NCBI GenBank assembly: GCA_050115495.1
Contig: JASFQK010000024.1
Location: forward strand, 1-64,000
Direction of reading: 5' to 3'
Origin: Phycisphaerae bacterium
GTDB lineage: Bacteria > Planctomycetota > Phycisphaerae > UBA1845 > Fen-1342
Length of the DNA: 64,000 nucleotides
Position numbers and translations under genes: made by a program. The notes beneath the pieces are model-generated. The model saw nothing but the letters and a program-made list of their open reading frames with translations. It was not told where the DNA came from and made no database searches. Below, one piece after another: positions 40,139 through 50,100 of the stretch (its first letter is position 1; each line of letters begins with the position of its first letter).

Positions 40139-40149
40139 GATCCTTAGCC

Positions 40150-41544
40150 TTGCCTACGACGCCTGCGATCGCGCTGAACCCGCCGAATTGGGGGACGTGG
40201 CGGCCGTGCCTTGCCGCCGGGATTGTCGCCGCTTGTCTCCTGGCCGCTGTCGCCGACGCGCAGCCGCCACAACCGCTCGACCCGATGTGGACGTGGCAGC
40301 CGTCGGAAGGCGTCGAATGGGTGGAGGCGGTGCCGGGTTCGGAGCCGCCGTTGATGCTCGTGGCGGCGGGCGACGCGAAGCTGTACATCTTCGCCGTCAA
40401 CCAGGCCCCGCAGCGGCTGCCGGCGTTCGTGCAGGCACGGGCCGGCGTGCGACCGGTGCCCTATGCACCGGAAGCGGTTCCGGCCACCACGACGACCACG
40501 CAGCCCGCCGCGAGCAGACAGCTCATGTACTGCACCGACCGGCTGGCCGCCTACGCCCTGCGGCCCGGCCAGCCGGTGAAGCTCCAGTGGCAGGCCGGAA
40601 GCTGGCGCGAGGACTTGGCCGAGCCGATCGAAGGCGTAACCACTCCCGAAGACGTGTTCCAGGGCGACCCGGAGCAATTGCCGCGAATCGTCGACGCGGC
40701 CGGAACCGGTTACGGCCTGCTACTCCTCCGCGATGACGGGCTGTTCGGGTTGCTCGACCGCGACGACGGGCACGTCCGCTGGAAACACCAACTCCCGCCT
40801 ACGACCGCCGCTGAGCTGCATTTCTGCTGCGACCGCGTGGCGCTGCTGCGGCAGGAAGGGGCCAACGCGGCGGCGGCGTTCGTCGATTCGTCCGCGGGAA
40901 CGCTCACGGACATTCCGATTCCGCCGGAGACGCCGTGGCCGCTCTGGAGCGAATTGACGAAAGACGGCCTGCTGCTGGCGCAGCCGACGAGCATCATGTT
41001 GTACACGGCGGCGGGCGGGCGGCGGCTGTTCGAGACGAGCGAAGAGGCGGCGGTGCTGGCCCGCACGCTTCACGTGCACCGCGGGAACCTCCTGCTGTTC
41101 GGCACGAACGACGGGCAATTGCACGCACTGGACGTGTCCGCCGGCCGGGAGCTGTGGGCCACCATCGATCACCCGGATCGGCGGGCCGGCTGGGATCTGC
41201 TGCGGGCGCAGGGCGACGAGCTGTTCAGCGGTGCGGGGCGGCTGCTGGTCTGCCGCGACGTGGAGAGCGGGAAGAGACGGGCGCGGTTCGCCGGACGGGG
41301 CGGCGCCCGCCTGCTGGACGTGCGTCAGCGAAGTGAGGCGCTCTGGCTGGTCTGGGGGGCGGCCGGCGTGAACGGGGAACGACTGCTGCTGGAGCGGCTG
41401 GGCTGGACGGCAACGCCGACGCCGAAGTTCGAGCAGCGGGTGTTCGGGTTGGGTCAGATCGCGCAGCTCCGCAGTCTGGTGTGGATCGAGGATCGATTGG
41501 TGGTCGCCGGCGGCGATGGGCTGTCCGTGTTCCCCCTGCGCTGA
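40150..41544 (+). CDS. Exported PQQ-like beta-propeller repeat protein
   Basis: Signal-like N-terminus; LDRDDGHVRW, ALDVSAGRELW, CRDVESGK repeats. Start uncertain. Confidence 0.65.
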   Translation: MPTTPAIALNPPNWGTWRPCLAAGIVAACLLAAVADAQPPQPLDPMWTWQPSEGVEWVEAVPGSEPPLMLVAAGDAKLYIFAVNQAPQRLPAFVQARAGVRPVPYAPEAVPATTTTTQPAASRQLMYCTDRLAAYALRPGQPVKLQWQAGSWREDLAEPIEGVTTPEDVFQGDPEQLPRIVDAAGTGYGLLLLRDDGLFGLLDRDDGHVRWKHQLPPTTAAELHFCCDRVALLRQEGANAAAAFVDSSAGTLTDIPIPPETPWPLWSELTKDGLLLAQPTSIMLYTAAGGRRLFETSEEAAVLARTLHVHRGNLLLFGTNDGQLHALDVSAGRELWATIDHPDRRAGWDLLRAQGDELFSGAGRLLVCRDVESGKRRARFAGRGGARLLDVRQRSEALWLVWGAAGVNGERLLLERLGWTATPTPKFEQRVFGLGQIAQLRSLVWIEDRLVVAGGDGLSVFPLR

Positions 41545-41662
41545 GGGGGAACGGGCGGCGCTTGCCGGCGGCGGATGATTGACCTACGCTCTGCGTCGGG
41601 TCGGGTACGAGTGAAGACTCGGCGGCGTACGGGCCAGCGCAGCGGACAGCAGTGAGACAGAG

Positions 41663-42019
41663 ATGGACATAGCGAGCGAAAACCACGCGGGCGTGACGTT
41701 GCTGCGGCTGACGGGGGAGCTGGCCGGCGGGGAAGACAACCCCCTGATCGGCGCGGTTACGGACCAGCTCGGCGACCGCGGGGCACGCGTCGTGATCGAT
41801 CTTGGCGACGTGCACTTCATGAACTCGGCCGGCCTCGGCGATCTGGTGCGGCTCGTCGCCCAGGCGAACGTGCAGGAGTCGCGCGTGGTGCTGGCGAACC
41901 TGTCGGCCTACCTCGCCGGCGTGCTGGAAATGACGAAGCTCGACCGGTTCTTCGAGACGTACAGCACGGCGGAAGATGCGCTGCGTACGCTCGGCGAGCA
42001 GACGCGGGCGAAGTCGTAG
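41663..42019 (+). CDS. STAS-domain anti-sigma factor antagonist
   Basis: LRLTGEL, VVIDLGDVHFMNSAGLG (phospho-Ser site), TKLDRFF. Confidence 0.92.
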   Translation: MDIASENHAGVTLLRLTGELAGGEDNPLIGAVTDQLGDRGARVVIDLGDVHFMNSAGLGDLVRLVAQANVQESRVVLANLSAYLAGVLEMTKLDRFFETYSTAEDALRTLGEQTRAKS

Positions 42020-42113
42020 AACGCGAGGCGCCCGCAGTCGCTGCCGACGCCGGGCCCAGAACGACCCCGGCCTTCGCGTGCGTGCCGTCGGCCTGCCGTT
42101 CAGGCAGAACACG

Positions 42114-42542
42114 TCAGCGCACCGTAACGCGCCGCACCCGCCACCGATCCTGCTTCCTGCTGTCGTTCAGACGGATCTCGAATGTCCGGGCGTCCGTCCA
42201 CGTGATGAACGTCTGCGCGTCTCCGCAGTGCGACCACCCCGCGGCAACGACGCGCCAACGCTCCCACCAATGCCGCTTGTGCAACACCCAGACGTAGTGC
42301 AGCCCCACGTGTGCCGCGCCGGCGTTGTTGAGCACGTGCCGGACGACCTCGCCGCCGGGACTGACCGACTCGGTGACCTCCGAGTACAACCAGAACAGCT
42401 CCAGGTCTTCAGCCAGCACGCCCGCCGGCCAATACGCAGCAGTCAGCATGCACGCCACCCCCAGGAAAGGCGCAATGAGCACTGCGGCCGTTCCAAGCCG
42501 GCGTGCCACCCTTCTCCGGCGCGACGGCGCATCGGCGTGCAT
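42114..42542 (-). CDS. Hypothetical membrane-anchored protein
   Basis: One N-terminal TM followed by a Trp-rich beta-like segment; GGAG upstream of nearby starts. Confidence 0.5.
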   Translation of the reverse strand: MHADAPSRRRRVARRLGTAAVLIAPFLGVACMLTAAYWPAGVLAEDLELFWLYSEVTESVSPGGEVVRHVLNNAGAAHVGLHYVWVLHKRHWWERWRVVAAGWSHCGDAQTFITWTDARTFEIRLNDSRKQDRWRVRRVTVR

Positions 42543-42702
42543 CTGCCATCTCCGCTGCTCAGGACAACGGGATCACTCTACTCCGGTCAGACACGTGTTC
42601 CCGCTGTTCGCATGGTCTCGCGCTCGCCGCGGGAACCACCGGTTCCGCTGGCGGCCAGCACTGGCAGGCGTTCGCGCGGGCTGTTTGGTGGCTCCGTTCA
42701 GA

Positions 42703-42728
42703 CGTCCGGTGCGGAGCCCGGACGCTAC
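42703..42728 (-). repeat. GTAG-type REP (GTAGCGTCCGGGCTCCGCACCGGACG)
   Basis: GTAG foot + 7-bp stem; near-identical copy at 47735-47760. Confidence 0.7.
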
Positions 42729-42856
42729 AGCAGGGCACCCGCCTGCGTACCATCCCTGCTCGTATGTACGCACGTACTGCAGATCAGGTTCGCAACCCCC
42801 GCGCCGCAGACATCGTGGCAGATTGGTGACACGGACAACCGCCGGGCGGCGGCCGG

Positions 42857-43417
42857 TTAGTCCACTTCGCGGCCGAGGAGGAAGCCGGTGAGGGCGCCCA
42901 TTTGGAGGACGGTGGCGAAGGCAAGCTTCACGAGCAGGGCGTCGCGCGGCTCGCCGAAGATCCAGTCCGACGCCGCCCACAGCAACAGCCCCGCCACGAG
43001 CGCCTGGGCGATCGAGCCGAAGAGCCGGGCGAGCGAGAACTCGTACTGACGCTTCTCACGCACGGTCGAGCTGACCAGGCTGCGCAAATCGCCGAGGACA
43101 CGCTCCACACGCTCGATGGTGGCGAGGAGGTCGGCGACGCCGGCGCGGCGGTTTGATGGCTCCGCCGACTCGGGGCCATGTGGCGGGGACGGGGCGCGCT
43201 CCGCCGACTCGGGCGCGTGTGATGGGCGCGCCGTCGATTGAGGCAACTCGGGAGCATGCGGTGGACGCGCGGTCGATTCCGACAGCTCGGGGCCGTGCGC
43301 CGAAGGCGGGGTCGGCTGCGACGACTCGGCGCCGGGCGGCGTGGGCTGCGGCGAATCGTCGCCGCCCGCGCGGTCGATCTCACTGATGAAGAGACCGCTG
43401 GTTTCGCGCTCGTCCAT
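42857..43417 (-). CDS. Hypothetical membrane protein with 13-aa tandem repeats
   Basis: Pro-rich repeat N-terminus, short coiled coil, two C-terminal TM helices; GAGG RBS. Confidence 0.7.
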   Translation of the reverse strand: MDERETSGLFISEIDRAGGDDSPQPTPPGAESSQPTPPSAHGPELSESTARPPHAPELPQSTARPSHAPESAERAPSPPHGPESAEPSNRRAGVADLLATIERVERVLGDLRSLVSSTVREKRQYEFSLARLFGSIAQALVAGLLLWAASDWIFGEPRDALLVKLAFATVLQMGALTGFLLGREVD

Positions 43418-43426
43418 AGCTCGTCC

Positions 43427-44410
43427 TCACGCCGACAGGTGTTCGAGTATGGCCTGCCGCAACAACGGCAGCAGGATCTCGTGGTGGCCGATGACGCTAT
43501 GTCCGCAGCCGGGCGCTACCGGGCGGGAGATGACGTTCTGCGTGGGCCGGTAGTGCCGCAGCATGTCGAAATTCGCCGTGTGCATCCCGGTCAGCGGGTG
43601 GCCGAGATTGCGAGCGACGGAAACGGCTTTGAGAAAGACCTCGGGCATGACGACGGCGGAGCCGACGTTGAGCCAGACACCGCCGGCCTGATCGTCGCCG
43701 GCGGCGTTCAGATCCGCCACGACGGCGCAGAGGGTGCGAAAATCGGCCAGCGTCGCCGCACCGAGCGCCGCGCCGTCGGCGTCGGGGTGCATGTGCACGG
43801 TGTCGGTGCCGATCGCCACGTGCACCGTCGCCGGCAAACCGAGCCGCGCCGCCGATGCGAACAGGCTCAAGTGACGGTACGAGACGTTTTCCGCCGACAG
43901 CAGCTCACCGAGCGCGCGACCGAGCCCGGGACCGGCGGCGCCGCGGCGGGCGGCTTCGTTCATGCGCTCGCACGTCTCGGTCACCATGCCGAAGCTGCCG
44001 TCGCGGATCGTGTCGGCGACCTCTTCGCTGGTCGCACCAGTTTCGGCGAGTTCGAGATCGTGGATCGCGCCCGAGCCGTTCGTGGCCAGGGCGGTGATGA
44101 TGCCACGCTCCATCAGGTCGATCACGACCGGCGAGCAGCCCGTCTTCACCACGTGGCCGCCGAAAGCGAAGATGACCGGCCGCCCCGCTCGGCGGGCGGC
44201 GACGACCGCGTGCACCACCTGCATGAGTTGGTCAGCGCCGAGGAAGGACGGCAGTGACGCCAGCCACTCGCCGAACGAGCAACCCGGCGGCGGCGTCTTG
44301 CCCAGCAGCGTGGCGGCAACCTTATGGGCGCGGGCGTCGCGTGACTTCATGCGCAATCGCGTGAAATCCAGTTGCGCCGGCCCGGAATGGGGTTGCTTCC
44401 GCGTGCTCAC
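43427..44410 (-). CDS. Deoxyhypusine-synthase-like (DHS-fold) protein
   Basis: FGGHVVKTG, ALATNG..AIHD.E, VHVAIGTD..H, GSAVVMPEVFLKA, GHHEI. Confidence 0.75.
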   Translation of the reverse strand: MSTRKQPHSGPAQLDFTRLRMKSRDARAHKVAATLLGKTPPPGCSFGEWLASLPSFLGADQLMQVVHAVVAARRAGRPVIFAFGGHVVKTGCSPVVIDLMERGIITALATNGSGAIHDLELAETGATSEEVADTIRDGSFGMVTETCERMNEAARRGAAGPGLGRALGELLSAENVSYRHLSLFASAARLGLPATVHVAIGTDTVHMHPDADGAALGAATLADFRTLCAVVADLNAAGDDQAGGVWLNVGSAVVMPEVFLKAVSVARNLGHPLTGMHTANFDMLRHYRPTQNVISRPVAPGCGHSVIGHHEILLPLLRQAILEHLSA

Positions 44411-45447
44411 TTGCTCTCCTCGAACAGGTGCCGCAACCGCGCCGCAAACTCGCCACGCGGATCGGCCAACTCCAGCCGCGCCTCCAGGCGCAGCAACTCG
44501 GCCGTCCCGCCGGCGTCAGGGGACGAGGCCCACAGCGTCCCCAACTTCACCCAGTCCTTGCGCGTGGTCACCACGCAGGCCGCCTCCTGTCGGCGAGCCT
44601 CGTTGGTGATCGCCAACACGTCGATAGCACTGTAACGATGGTGGTCCGGGAAGACCAGCGGTTCGACGACGTGGTCGGAGAGTTGTCGCAGCAGGCGCAG
44701 GAACGTGCCCGGGTTGCCGAGGCCGCACACGGGCAGCACGACGCGCTCGCGCAGCACGTCGACCGGGCGCACTTGGTCATCGGCGGCGACGAGTTGCGAC
44801 GGCGCCAACGCCGCCCGACTGATCGGAACCGCCGGCGCCCAGTGCTGTATCGTGCGCATCAGCTCCTGCACGGCGACCGGATCGACCTGGTTGCTGCGCG
44901 TGATGACGACCCAGTGCGCGCGGCGCAACGATGCCGGCGGCTCGCGCAGACGCCCCGCCGGCAGCAGGCGCCCGCCGCCCCACGGGTTGAGCGCATCGAT
45001 CAGGACGACGTCGAACGTGCGGCGCAGCCGGCGATGCTGAAAGCCGTCGTCGAGCACGAGACAGTCAGCGTTGTGCTGTTGCCGAGCGGTGGCCGCGCCG
45101 GCGACGCGGTTCGGATTGACCACGACCGGCACATCGGGCAGGGCCAGGTGGAATTCCTGCACCTCGTCGGCGACGGCCTCGGCCGCGGCGCCGTAGCCGC
45201 GAGTGAGTATCGCCGGTCGATGGCCCGCCGCCCGCAGGCGGGAGACGATCTCGATGGTCAGCGGCGTCTTGCCCGTGCCGCCGACGGTGAGGTTGCCGAC
45301 GCTGATCACGGGCACGCCGGCGTCGTGCGAAGCGGACGAAACACGGTCGTACCAGAGGTTACGAGCGGCGATCACGGCGTGATAACCGACCGTGGCCGGC
45401 GCAAGCAGCAGGCGCAGCCAACGCGGATTGGTGCCGGGGAGATTCAT
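44407..45447 (-). CDS. lpxK: Tetraacyldisaccharide 4'-kinase
   Basis: SVGNLTVGGTGKTP, LTRGYG, LDDGFQH, LPAGRLREP, FPDHH, TTRKDWVK; start approximately 45447. Confidence 0.95.
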   Translation of the reverse strand: MNLPGTNPRWLRLLLAPATVGYHAVIAARNLWYDRVSSASHDAGVPVISVGNLTVGGTGKTPLTIEIVSRLRAAGHRPAILTRGYGAAAEAVADEVQEFHLALPDVPVVVNPNRVAGAATARQQHNADCLVLDDGFQHRRLRRTFDVVLIDALNPWGGGRLLPAGRLREPPASLRRAHWVVITRSNQVDPVAVQELMRTIQHWAPAVPISRAALAPSQLVAADDQVRPVDVLRERVVLPVCGLGNPGTFLRLLRQLSDHVVEPLVFPDHHRYSAIDVLAITNEARRQEAACVVTTRKDWVKLGTLWASSPDAGGTAELLRLEARLELADPRGEFAARLRHLFEESK

Positions 45448-45472
45448 CGATATCCGAATCGGCGGGGGCAAC

Positions 45473-46408
45473 TCAGCGGACCGGCAACACACCGGTCTCG
45501 CGCTGCCACTTCACGGAAGCGGGTACGCCGGCGGTCAGAGGCGTCCGCGGCTCGTAGCCGAGGAGGCTGCGGGCCTTGGTGATATCGGCCACGTAGCGGG
45601 TGACTTCGCCGACGCGTGACGGTTCGTAGGTGACGTTGGGCTCTTTCTGGAGCGAGAGACTGATCAGGTTGACGAGGTCGACCAGGGTCGCCCCCTGCCC
45701 GCAAGCCAGGTTGATCGTCTCGCGCGAGAGGCGGCCGCTGGCCAGGGCGTCGATCCCGCGCAGCACGCCGTCGGCGCAATCATCGACGTACGTGAAGTCC
45801 AGCACCTTCTCGCGGCCGTAGACGACGATTGGCGTACCGTCGACGATGCGGCGGATGAACAGCGGGATCACGCGCTCCAGCCGGTCGATGTCGCAGTCGT
45901 ACCGCCCGTAGACGTTGCTGAAGCGGAAGACCAGGTGCGGCAGGCCGTAGCACTCGGCGTACGAGTAGATGAAGGCCTCGGAGGAGATCTTCGAAGCGCT
46001 GTACGGGCTCTCGGCCACGACGAAGTCGGCCTCGGACTCCTCGGTGATGTGACGATGGATGTCGCCGTAGACCTCGCGCGAGCTGCCGAAGATGAGCGGC
46101 GTGCGGTGCAGGCGGCAGAATTCGAGAACGTTGAAGGCGACGCCGACGTTCTCCATGGCCCGGGTGGGCACTTCGACGAGCTCGAACACTTTGGCGTGAG
46201 CCGCCAGGTGCAGGACGACGTCGAAGTCGCCCTCGACGCCGAGGTCGCCGCCGGTGCAGGACATCAGGTTACGCACCACGGTGGGGACGCGGTCGGTCCA
46301 CGTATTGGGGCGGACGTCGATGCCCTGCACCTGGTCGCCGCGGGCAAGCAGCGCGAGGGCCACGTTCGTTCCGATCTGCCCGCTCGATCCGGTGATGAGA
46401 ACCCGCAT
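45473..46408 (-). CDS. NAD-dependent epimerase/dehydratase (extended SDR)
   Basis: MRVLITGSSGQIG, HLAA, SPYSASK (YxxxK), RFSNVYG; start at 46408. Confidence 0.92.
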   Translation of the reverse strand: MRVLITGSSGQIGTNVALALLARGDQVQGIDVRPNTWTDRVPTVVRNLMSCTGGDLGVEGDFDVVLHLAAHAKVFELVEVPTRAMENVGVAFNVLEFCRLHRTPLIFGSSREVYGDIHRHITEESEADFVVAESPYSASKISSEAFIYSYAECYGLPHLVFRFSNVYGRYDCDIDRLERVIPLFIRRIVDGTPIVVYGREKVLDFTYVDDCADGVLRGIDALASGRLSRETINLACGQGATLVDLVNLISLSLQKEPNVTYEPSRVGEVTRYVADITKARSLLGYEPRTPLTAGVPASVKWQRETGVLPVR

Positions 46409-46494
46409 GCTGGCTCCGGCTCTAGAACATAGGTCTGTGTTGCCGCCTTTGTACGGCCCGGGGTGCGCGCCGTCAACGCGGCGGCACGCCGGCG

Positions 46495-47145
46495 TCAGCC
46501 CTGCTGCTGTGGACGGGCCTGGGCCCGCAGCCAGTCCAACCCCTCGTCGGCGACGGACTGGATGACCTGGGGGTACAACTCGCGTTCGGCGACGCCGACG
46601 CGGTGGGCCAGCGTGGCTGGATCGTCGCCGGGTTCGACCGGGACGCGGGCCTGGGCGACGATCGGCCCGTGGTCGTACAGCTCGTCGACGAGGTGCACGG
46701 TGCAACCGCTTTCGGTCTCGCCGGCGGCGAGGACGGCGGCGTGCACGTGGGCGCCGTGCATGCCCTGGCCGCCGAAGCGCGGCAGCAGCGCCGGGTGGAT
46801 GTTCAGCACGCGACCGCGATAGCGGTCGGGCAGGCGCCAGTGGCAGAGGAAGCCGCCCATGACGACGAGATCGACGCCGGCCCGATCGATCGCCGCCGTC
46901 AGGGCCTGCGAAAAGGCCGCGTCGTCGGGGAAGTCGATCCGGCGGATGATTTCGAGCGGCAGGCCGGCGGAGCGGGCGACGTCCATGCCGGCCACATTCC
47001 GGCGGGAGCTGACCACGAGCGCAATCTCGACGCCCCGCAGCCGCCCGTCGGCCAGCCGGGCCGCGAGGTTATCCAGGGTCGTCCCGGAACCGGAAATCAG
47101 CACGGCGATCCGCAGCGGGCGGCGGCTATCCTGGCTTGACAACAT
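46495..47145 (-). CDS. purN: Phosphoribosylglycinamide formyltransferase
   Basis: ISGSGTT, NIHPALLP, SGCTVHLVD..YDHGPI. Confidence 0.95.
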   Translation of the reverse strand: MLSSQDSRRPLRIAVLISGSGTTLDNLAARLADGRLRGVEIALVVSSRRNVAGMDVARSAGLPLEIIRRIDFPDDAAFSQALTAAIDRAGVDLVVMGGFLCHWRLPDRYRGRVLNIHPALLPRFGGQGMHGAHVHAAVLAAGETESGCTVHLVDELYDHGPIVAQARVPVEPGDDPATLAHRVGVAERELYPQVIQSVADEGLDWLRAQARPQQQG

Positions 47146-47340
47146 GCGGGCATCATAGGGTTAAGGCCGGCCGGCGGGGAGAGTGGCGGCCCCCGACTGC
47201 GGACTGGCAGGGCAGGAGCCGATGATATATTATCGACGGGGTATGCAGCCGAGCCGGCGGCGTCGGCCGGACCCGAGCCGTGGTGCCCGCGGGGGTGGTC
47301 CGCGGCAGGTCCCCTGGAGCCCCTAGCTGAGGATCTCAAC

Positions 47341-47721
47341 GTGGCCGTCAGGCAGAACACCTACGAGAAACAGGCCAAGCTGAGCGTACTGCTGGCCATC
47401 GTCGGGGGCGTGTGCACGCTAGCGGGGGCTTTCTTTATCCTCCGTGCCTTCGATCCGACGAGCTTCCAGACGGTCTACAGCAGCCGGAGCCTGCGGCTGC
47501 CCGCCATTCTCGGAGCGCTGTTCGTCGGACTCGGGGCGGCGGGGATCGGCTGGCTGCTCGGGCTGCTCAGCGCCGGGAACCGGCTAAACAAGCTCAACCG
47601 CCTCTCCTGGATCGGATTCTTCGCCTGCTCGGGCGTCATCGCCCTCGGCATGTCGCTGGGGATCTTCTTCTACCTGACGAGGTTCGCCCCGCCGGTAAGC
47701 AAGATACCGGGCGCGGGTTAG
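47341..47721 (+). CDS. Hypothetical three-TM membrane protein
   Basis: GAGGA RBS + GTG; three hydrophobic segments. Confidence 0.7.
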   Translation: MAVRQNTYEKQAKLSVLLAIVGGVCTLAGAFFILRAFDPTSFQTVYSSRSLRLPAILGALFVGLGAAGIGWLLGLLSAGNRLNKLNRLSWIGFFACSGVIALGMSLGIFFYLTRFAPPVSKIPGAG

Positions 47722-47734
47722 TGGCAGGCGGGCT

Positions 47735-47760
47735 GTAGCGTCTGGGCTCTGTACCGGACG
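47735..47760 (+). repeat. GTAG-type REP (GTAGCGTCTGGGCTCTGTACCGGACG)
   Basis: Matches 42703-42728 (reverse complement) at 23/26. Confidence 0.7.
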
Positions 47761-47876
47761 GCGGCGGGGAGCCGTCAGCCATCAGCCGTCAGCTTCCGAC
47801 TTTGAGCCACGAGCCGGGCACGACATCCCACTCCCCTGATCGCCGGATTCCCTGATCCCATGCTCTCGCGCAACCT

Positions 47877-47961
47877 GTGTGGCATGCCGAAGCGCAGCGC
47901 CGGCATGTGCCACTTGTACGCTGGCACGTTCATGCCGGCGCTGCGCTTCGGCATGCCACAC
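47877..47961. repeat. REP-B doublet, perfect 31-bp inverted repeat
   Basis: 47877-47907 and 47931-47961 are exact reverse complements. Confidence 0.9.
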
Positions 47962-47994
47962 TCCCTTGTCGGGCGTCGGTCGCGCTTTCGGTCA

Positions 47995-48019
47995 GCACTG
48001 CTCAAGAGCAGTGGCACAC
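47995..48019. repeat. REP-A copy
   Basis: Identical to 5145-5169. Confidence 0.85.
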
Positions 48020-48106
48020 CGTGGCGTTGCCGCGAAAGCCGGGCGTGCGCTCCGGCTCATGGCTCATGGCTTGGAAGCAGTGGCGGATGGCGGGAGACTG
48101 CGTGAA

Positions 48107-48700
48107 CTACGGCTTGGGGCCGAGCTCGACGCGAGTGACGTCGCCCTTCTCGTAGCGGTGCATGTACTCCTCGGCGCGGGCCAGCATGCCGATGAACTGG
48201 CCGCCGGGGACGTAGCCGTACTCGCTCAGGGGACTGGCGATGCCGAGGTAGTTGAGCTCGCGCCAGGCGTAGCGGCCCAGGCCGGTCAGCCGCCAATTGA
48301 GGCCGCTGCGGATGCCGCAGGCCCGGCAGAGGAGGTAACCCACGCTGCCGCGGCTGATAAGGGCGTCGGCCGGGTAGTCCCAACCGCCGGGGATCACGCT
48401 ACCGGCTTCGAGGGCATCGGTCAGGGCGGCGAAGTCGCCGTCGAAGACCTCATTCTTCCATAGGATGTAGACGGCCCGGTAGGCGGGCTCGACGGTCACA
48501 TAGGGCTGGTCGGCGATGTACTCGGCCAGGGCGCCGTTGCCCTCGGTGGGTACCGCCGGCTGCGTCGTCGCCCGCGGACCGGGGGCCTGGCAGCCGGACA
48601 GGAGCAGCCCCAGGAACAGGATGCACCACACCAGCGGGCCGGTGCCGCCGGCGCTACGCTTGCCGCACGTTGATCCCGCGAGGCTCATCAGAAGCTCCAC
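48107..48700 (-). CDS. Putative lipoprotein
   Basis: Lipobox LLLSGC; overlaps the upstream barrel gene. Start uncertain. Confidence 0.7.
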   Translation of the reverse strand: MELLMSLAGSTCGKRSAGGTGPLVWCILFLGLLLSGCQAPGPRATTQPAVPTEGNGALAEYIADQPYVTVEPAYRAVYILWKNEVFDGDFAALTDALEAGSVIPGGWDYPADALISRGSVGYLLCRACGIRSGLNWRLTGLGRYAWRELNYLGIASPLSEYGYVPGGQFIGMLARAEEYMHRYEKGDVTRVELGPKP

Positions 48701-50100
48701 GTCAACCCGGTGAAGATGAAGTGCCGCGCGTGGCAGTCCTGGTAGGCGTCGCCGGGGAAGAAAACGCCCCAGCGCGTCGTCCAGGAAACATCCGAGGCCA
48801 GGCGCCAGTTGATGAAGTAATCCATTTCCCAGCCGACGTAGCCCTCGAACTGCTCGGCGGTGAAGTCGCTGATCGCGGCCCGCGACCGGTTCTTGTGATA
48901 GAGGAACCAGTTCGTCCCGATCTCCAGGTCGTGCAGCAGCTCGATCTGCTCCAGCGGGGCGAGCGAGGCGCCGGCCCGCCAGATGTGCAGGTTGCTCGGC
49001 GTCAGGCCGGTGGCCAGACCGGTGTCGCGATAGCCGAAGCCCACGAAGCTCGTGTCGCGGGTGTCGCCGCGATTGCCGCCCTCGGCGTTGGTCGGGCTGA
49101 AGAGGCGGTCCGCGTCGCCGCTGGCGAACATGTACTCGGCGGCAAGGCGGGGCCGCATGGGCAAGTCGAAGAGGTACTCGACGCCGACATCCCAGCCGAA
49201 GGCCTCGACGTAGTCGCGGTGCAGCCAGTCGCCGTCGCCGTAGCTGTGGCCGGACTCGAACACGCCCTCGGCCCAGTAGTTGAGGTTATGGGCGAGTTCG
49301 CCGCGGGCGCCGAAACCGAGGTAGAACGAGTCGTACTGGTAGTTCTGGAAGAACGTACGGGGGCGCTCGTCGGTGCGGTCGTTGTTCCACAAGGCGTAGA
49401 CGAAGGGCCGGTGGCGGTCCCAGCCGTCATAGGCGACCTGAACGCCGTAGAAAAGGCGGTCGCTGTGCGTATCGACGGCGTTGCTGCGGTCGATGTTGGG
49501 ATAGCTGCCGATCGTGCGGCCGACCAGGCCGGTGACGAGGAAGTCGTGCAGGCGGCCCTCGAGCACGACGGCGTCGAGGGGCATGTCCAGGGCGTATCCG
49601 GTTCCGAAGAGGACCGATTGCCGCCCGATGCGGGCCTTGAGCTGGAACGGGTCGCCGGGCTCGGCGAAGTGCAGAGCGCGGCCGATGTCGACCTGGTACC
49701 AGGCGCGGTCGAAGTTGGGCCCCCACCAGTCCTTCTGCCGCCCGATCTGGTCGCCGCAGCGGAAGTGCGTGTAGTGGAGGCGCACGCGGGCGAAGATCTC
49801 GTGCGTGCCGTCGTCGATGCTGGCCCGCGTCCAGAAAGCGAGACCGGGCCGCTGGACGTAGCGGGAACGCTGCACGCCATCATCGAAGTGGAAGGCGTAG
49901 TACTCGAGCCAGCCGCCCCACTGGAGGTCGAGCGCCGAGGAAAGCGGGGCCAGTTCCCGCCGTTCGTCGCGCAGCTTGTCGTCGATGGTGCGCTGCTGTT
50001 GCAGGAAGCTGCCGGAGGTTGCGGCCTCCTGGGCCGGCGCGACCGTCGCCGCGACCAGCCACACCAGCACCGGGGGCAGAATCGCCAGACTTGACCGCAT
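48688..50100 (-). CDS. Outer-membrane beta-barrel (alginate export family-like)
   Basis: Signal peptide from ATG 50100; aromatic-rich amphipathic strands, IGRQ...G.G, FASGD, C-terminal FTGLTWSF. Confidence 0.75.
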   Translation of the reverse strand: MRSSLAILPPVLVWLVAATVAPAQEAATSGSFLQQQRTIDDKLRDERRELAPLSSALDLQWGGWLEYYAFHFDDGVQRSRYVQRPGLAFWTRASIDDGTHEIFARVRLHYTHFRCGDQIGRQKDWWGPNFDRAWYQVDIGRALHFAEPGDPFQLKARIGRQSVLFGTGYALDMPLDAVVLEGRLHDFLVTGLVGRTIGSYPNIDRSNAVDTHSDRLFYGVQVAYDGWDRHRPFVYALWNNDRTDERPRTFFQNYQYDSFYLGFGARGELAHNLNYWAEGVFESGHSYGDGDWLHRDYVEAFGWDVGVEYLFDLPMRPRLAAEYMFASGDADRLFSPTNAEGGNRGDTRDTSFVGFGYRDTGLATGLTPSNLHIWRAGASLAPLEQIELLHDLEIGTNWFLYHKNRSRAAISDFTAEQFEGYVGWEMDYFINWRLASDVSWTTRWGVFFPGDAYQDCHARHFIFTGLTWSF

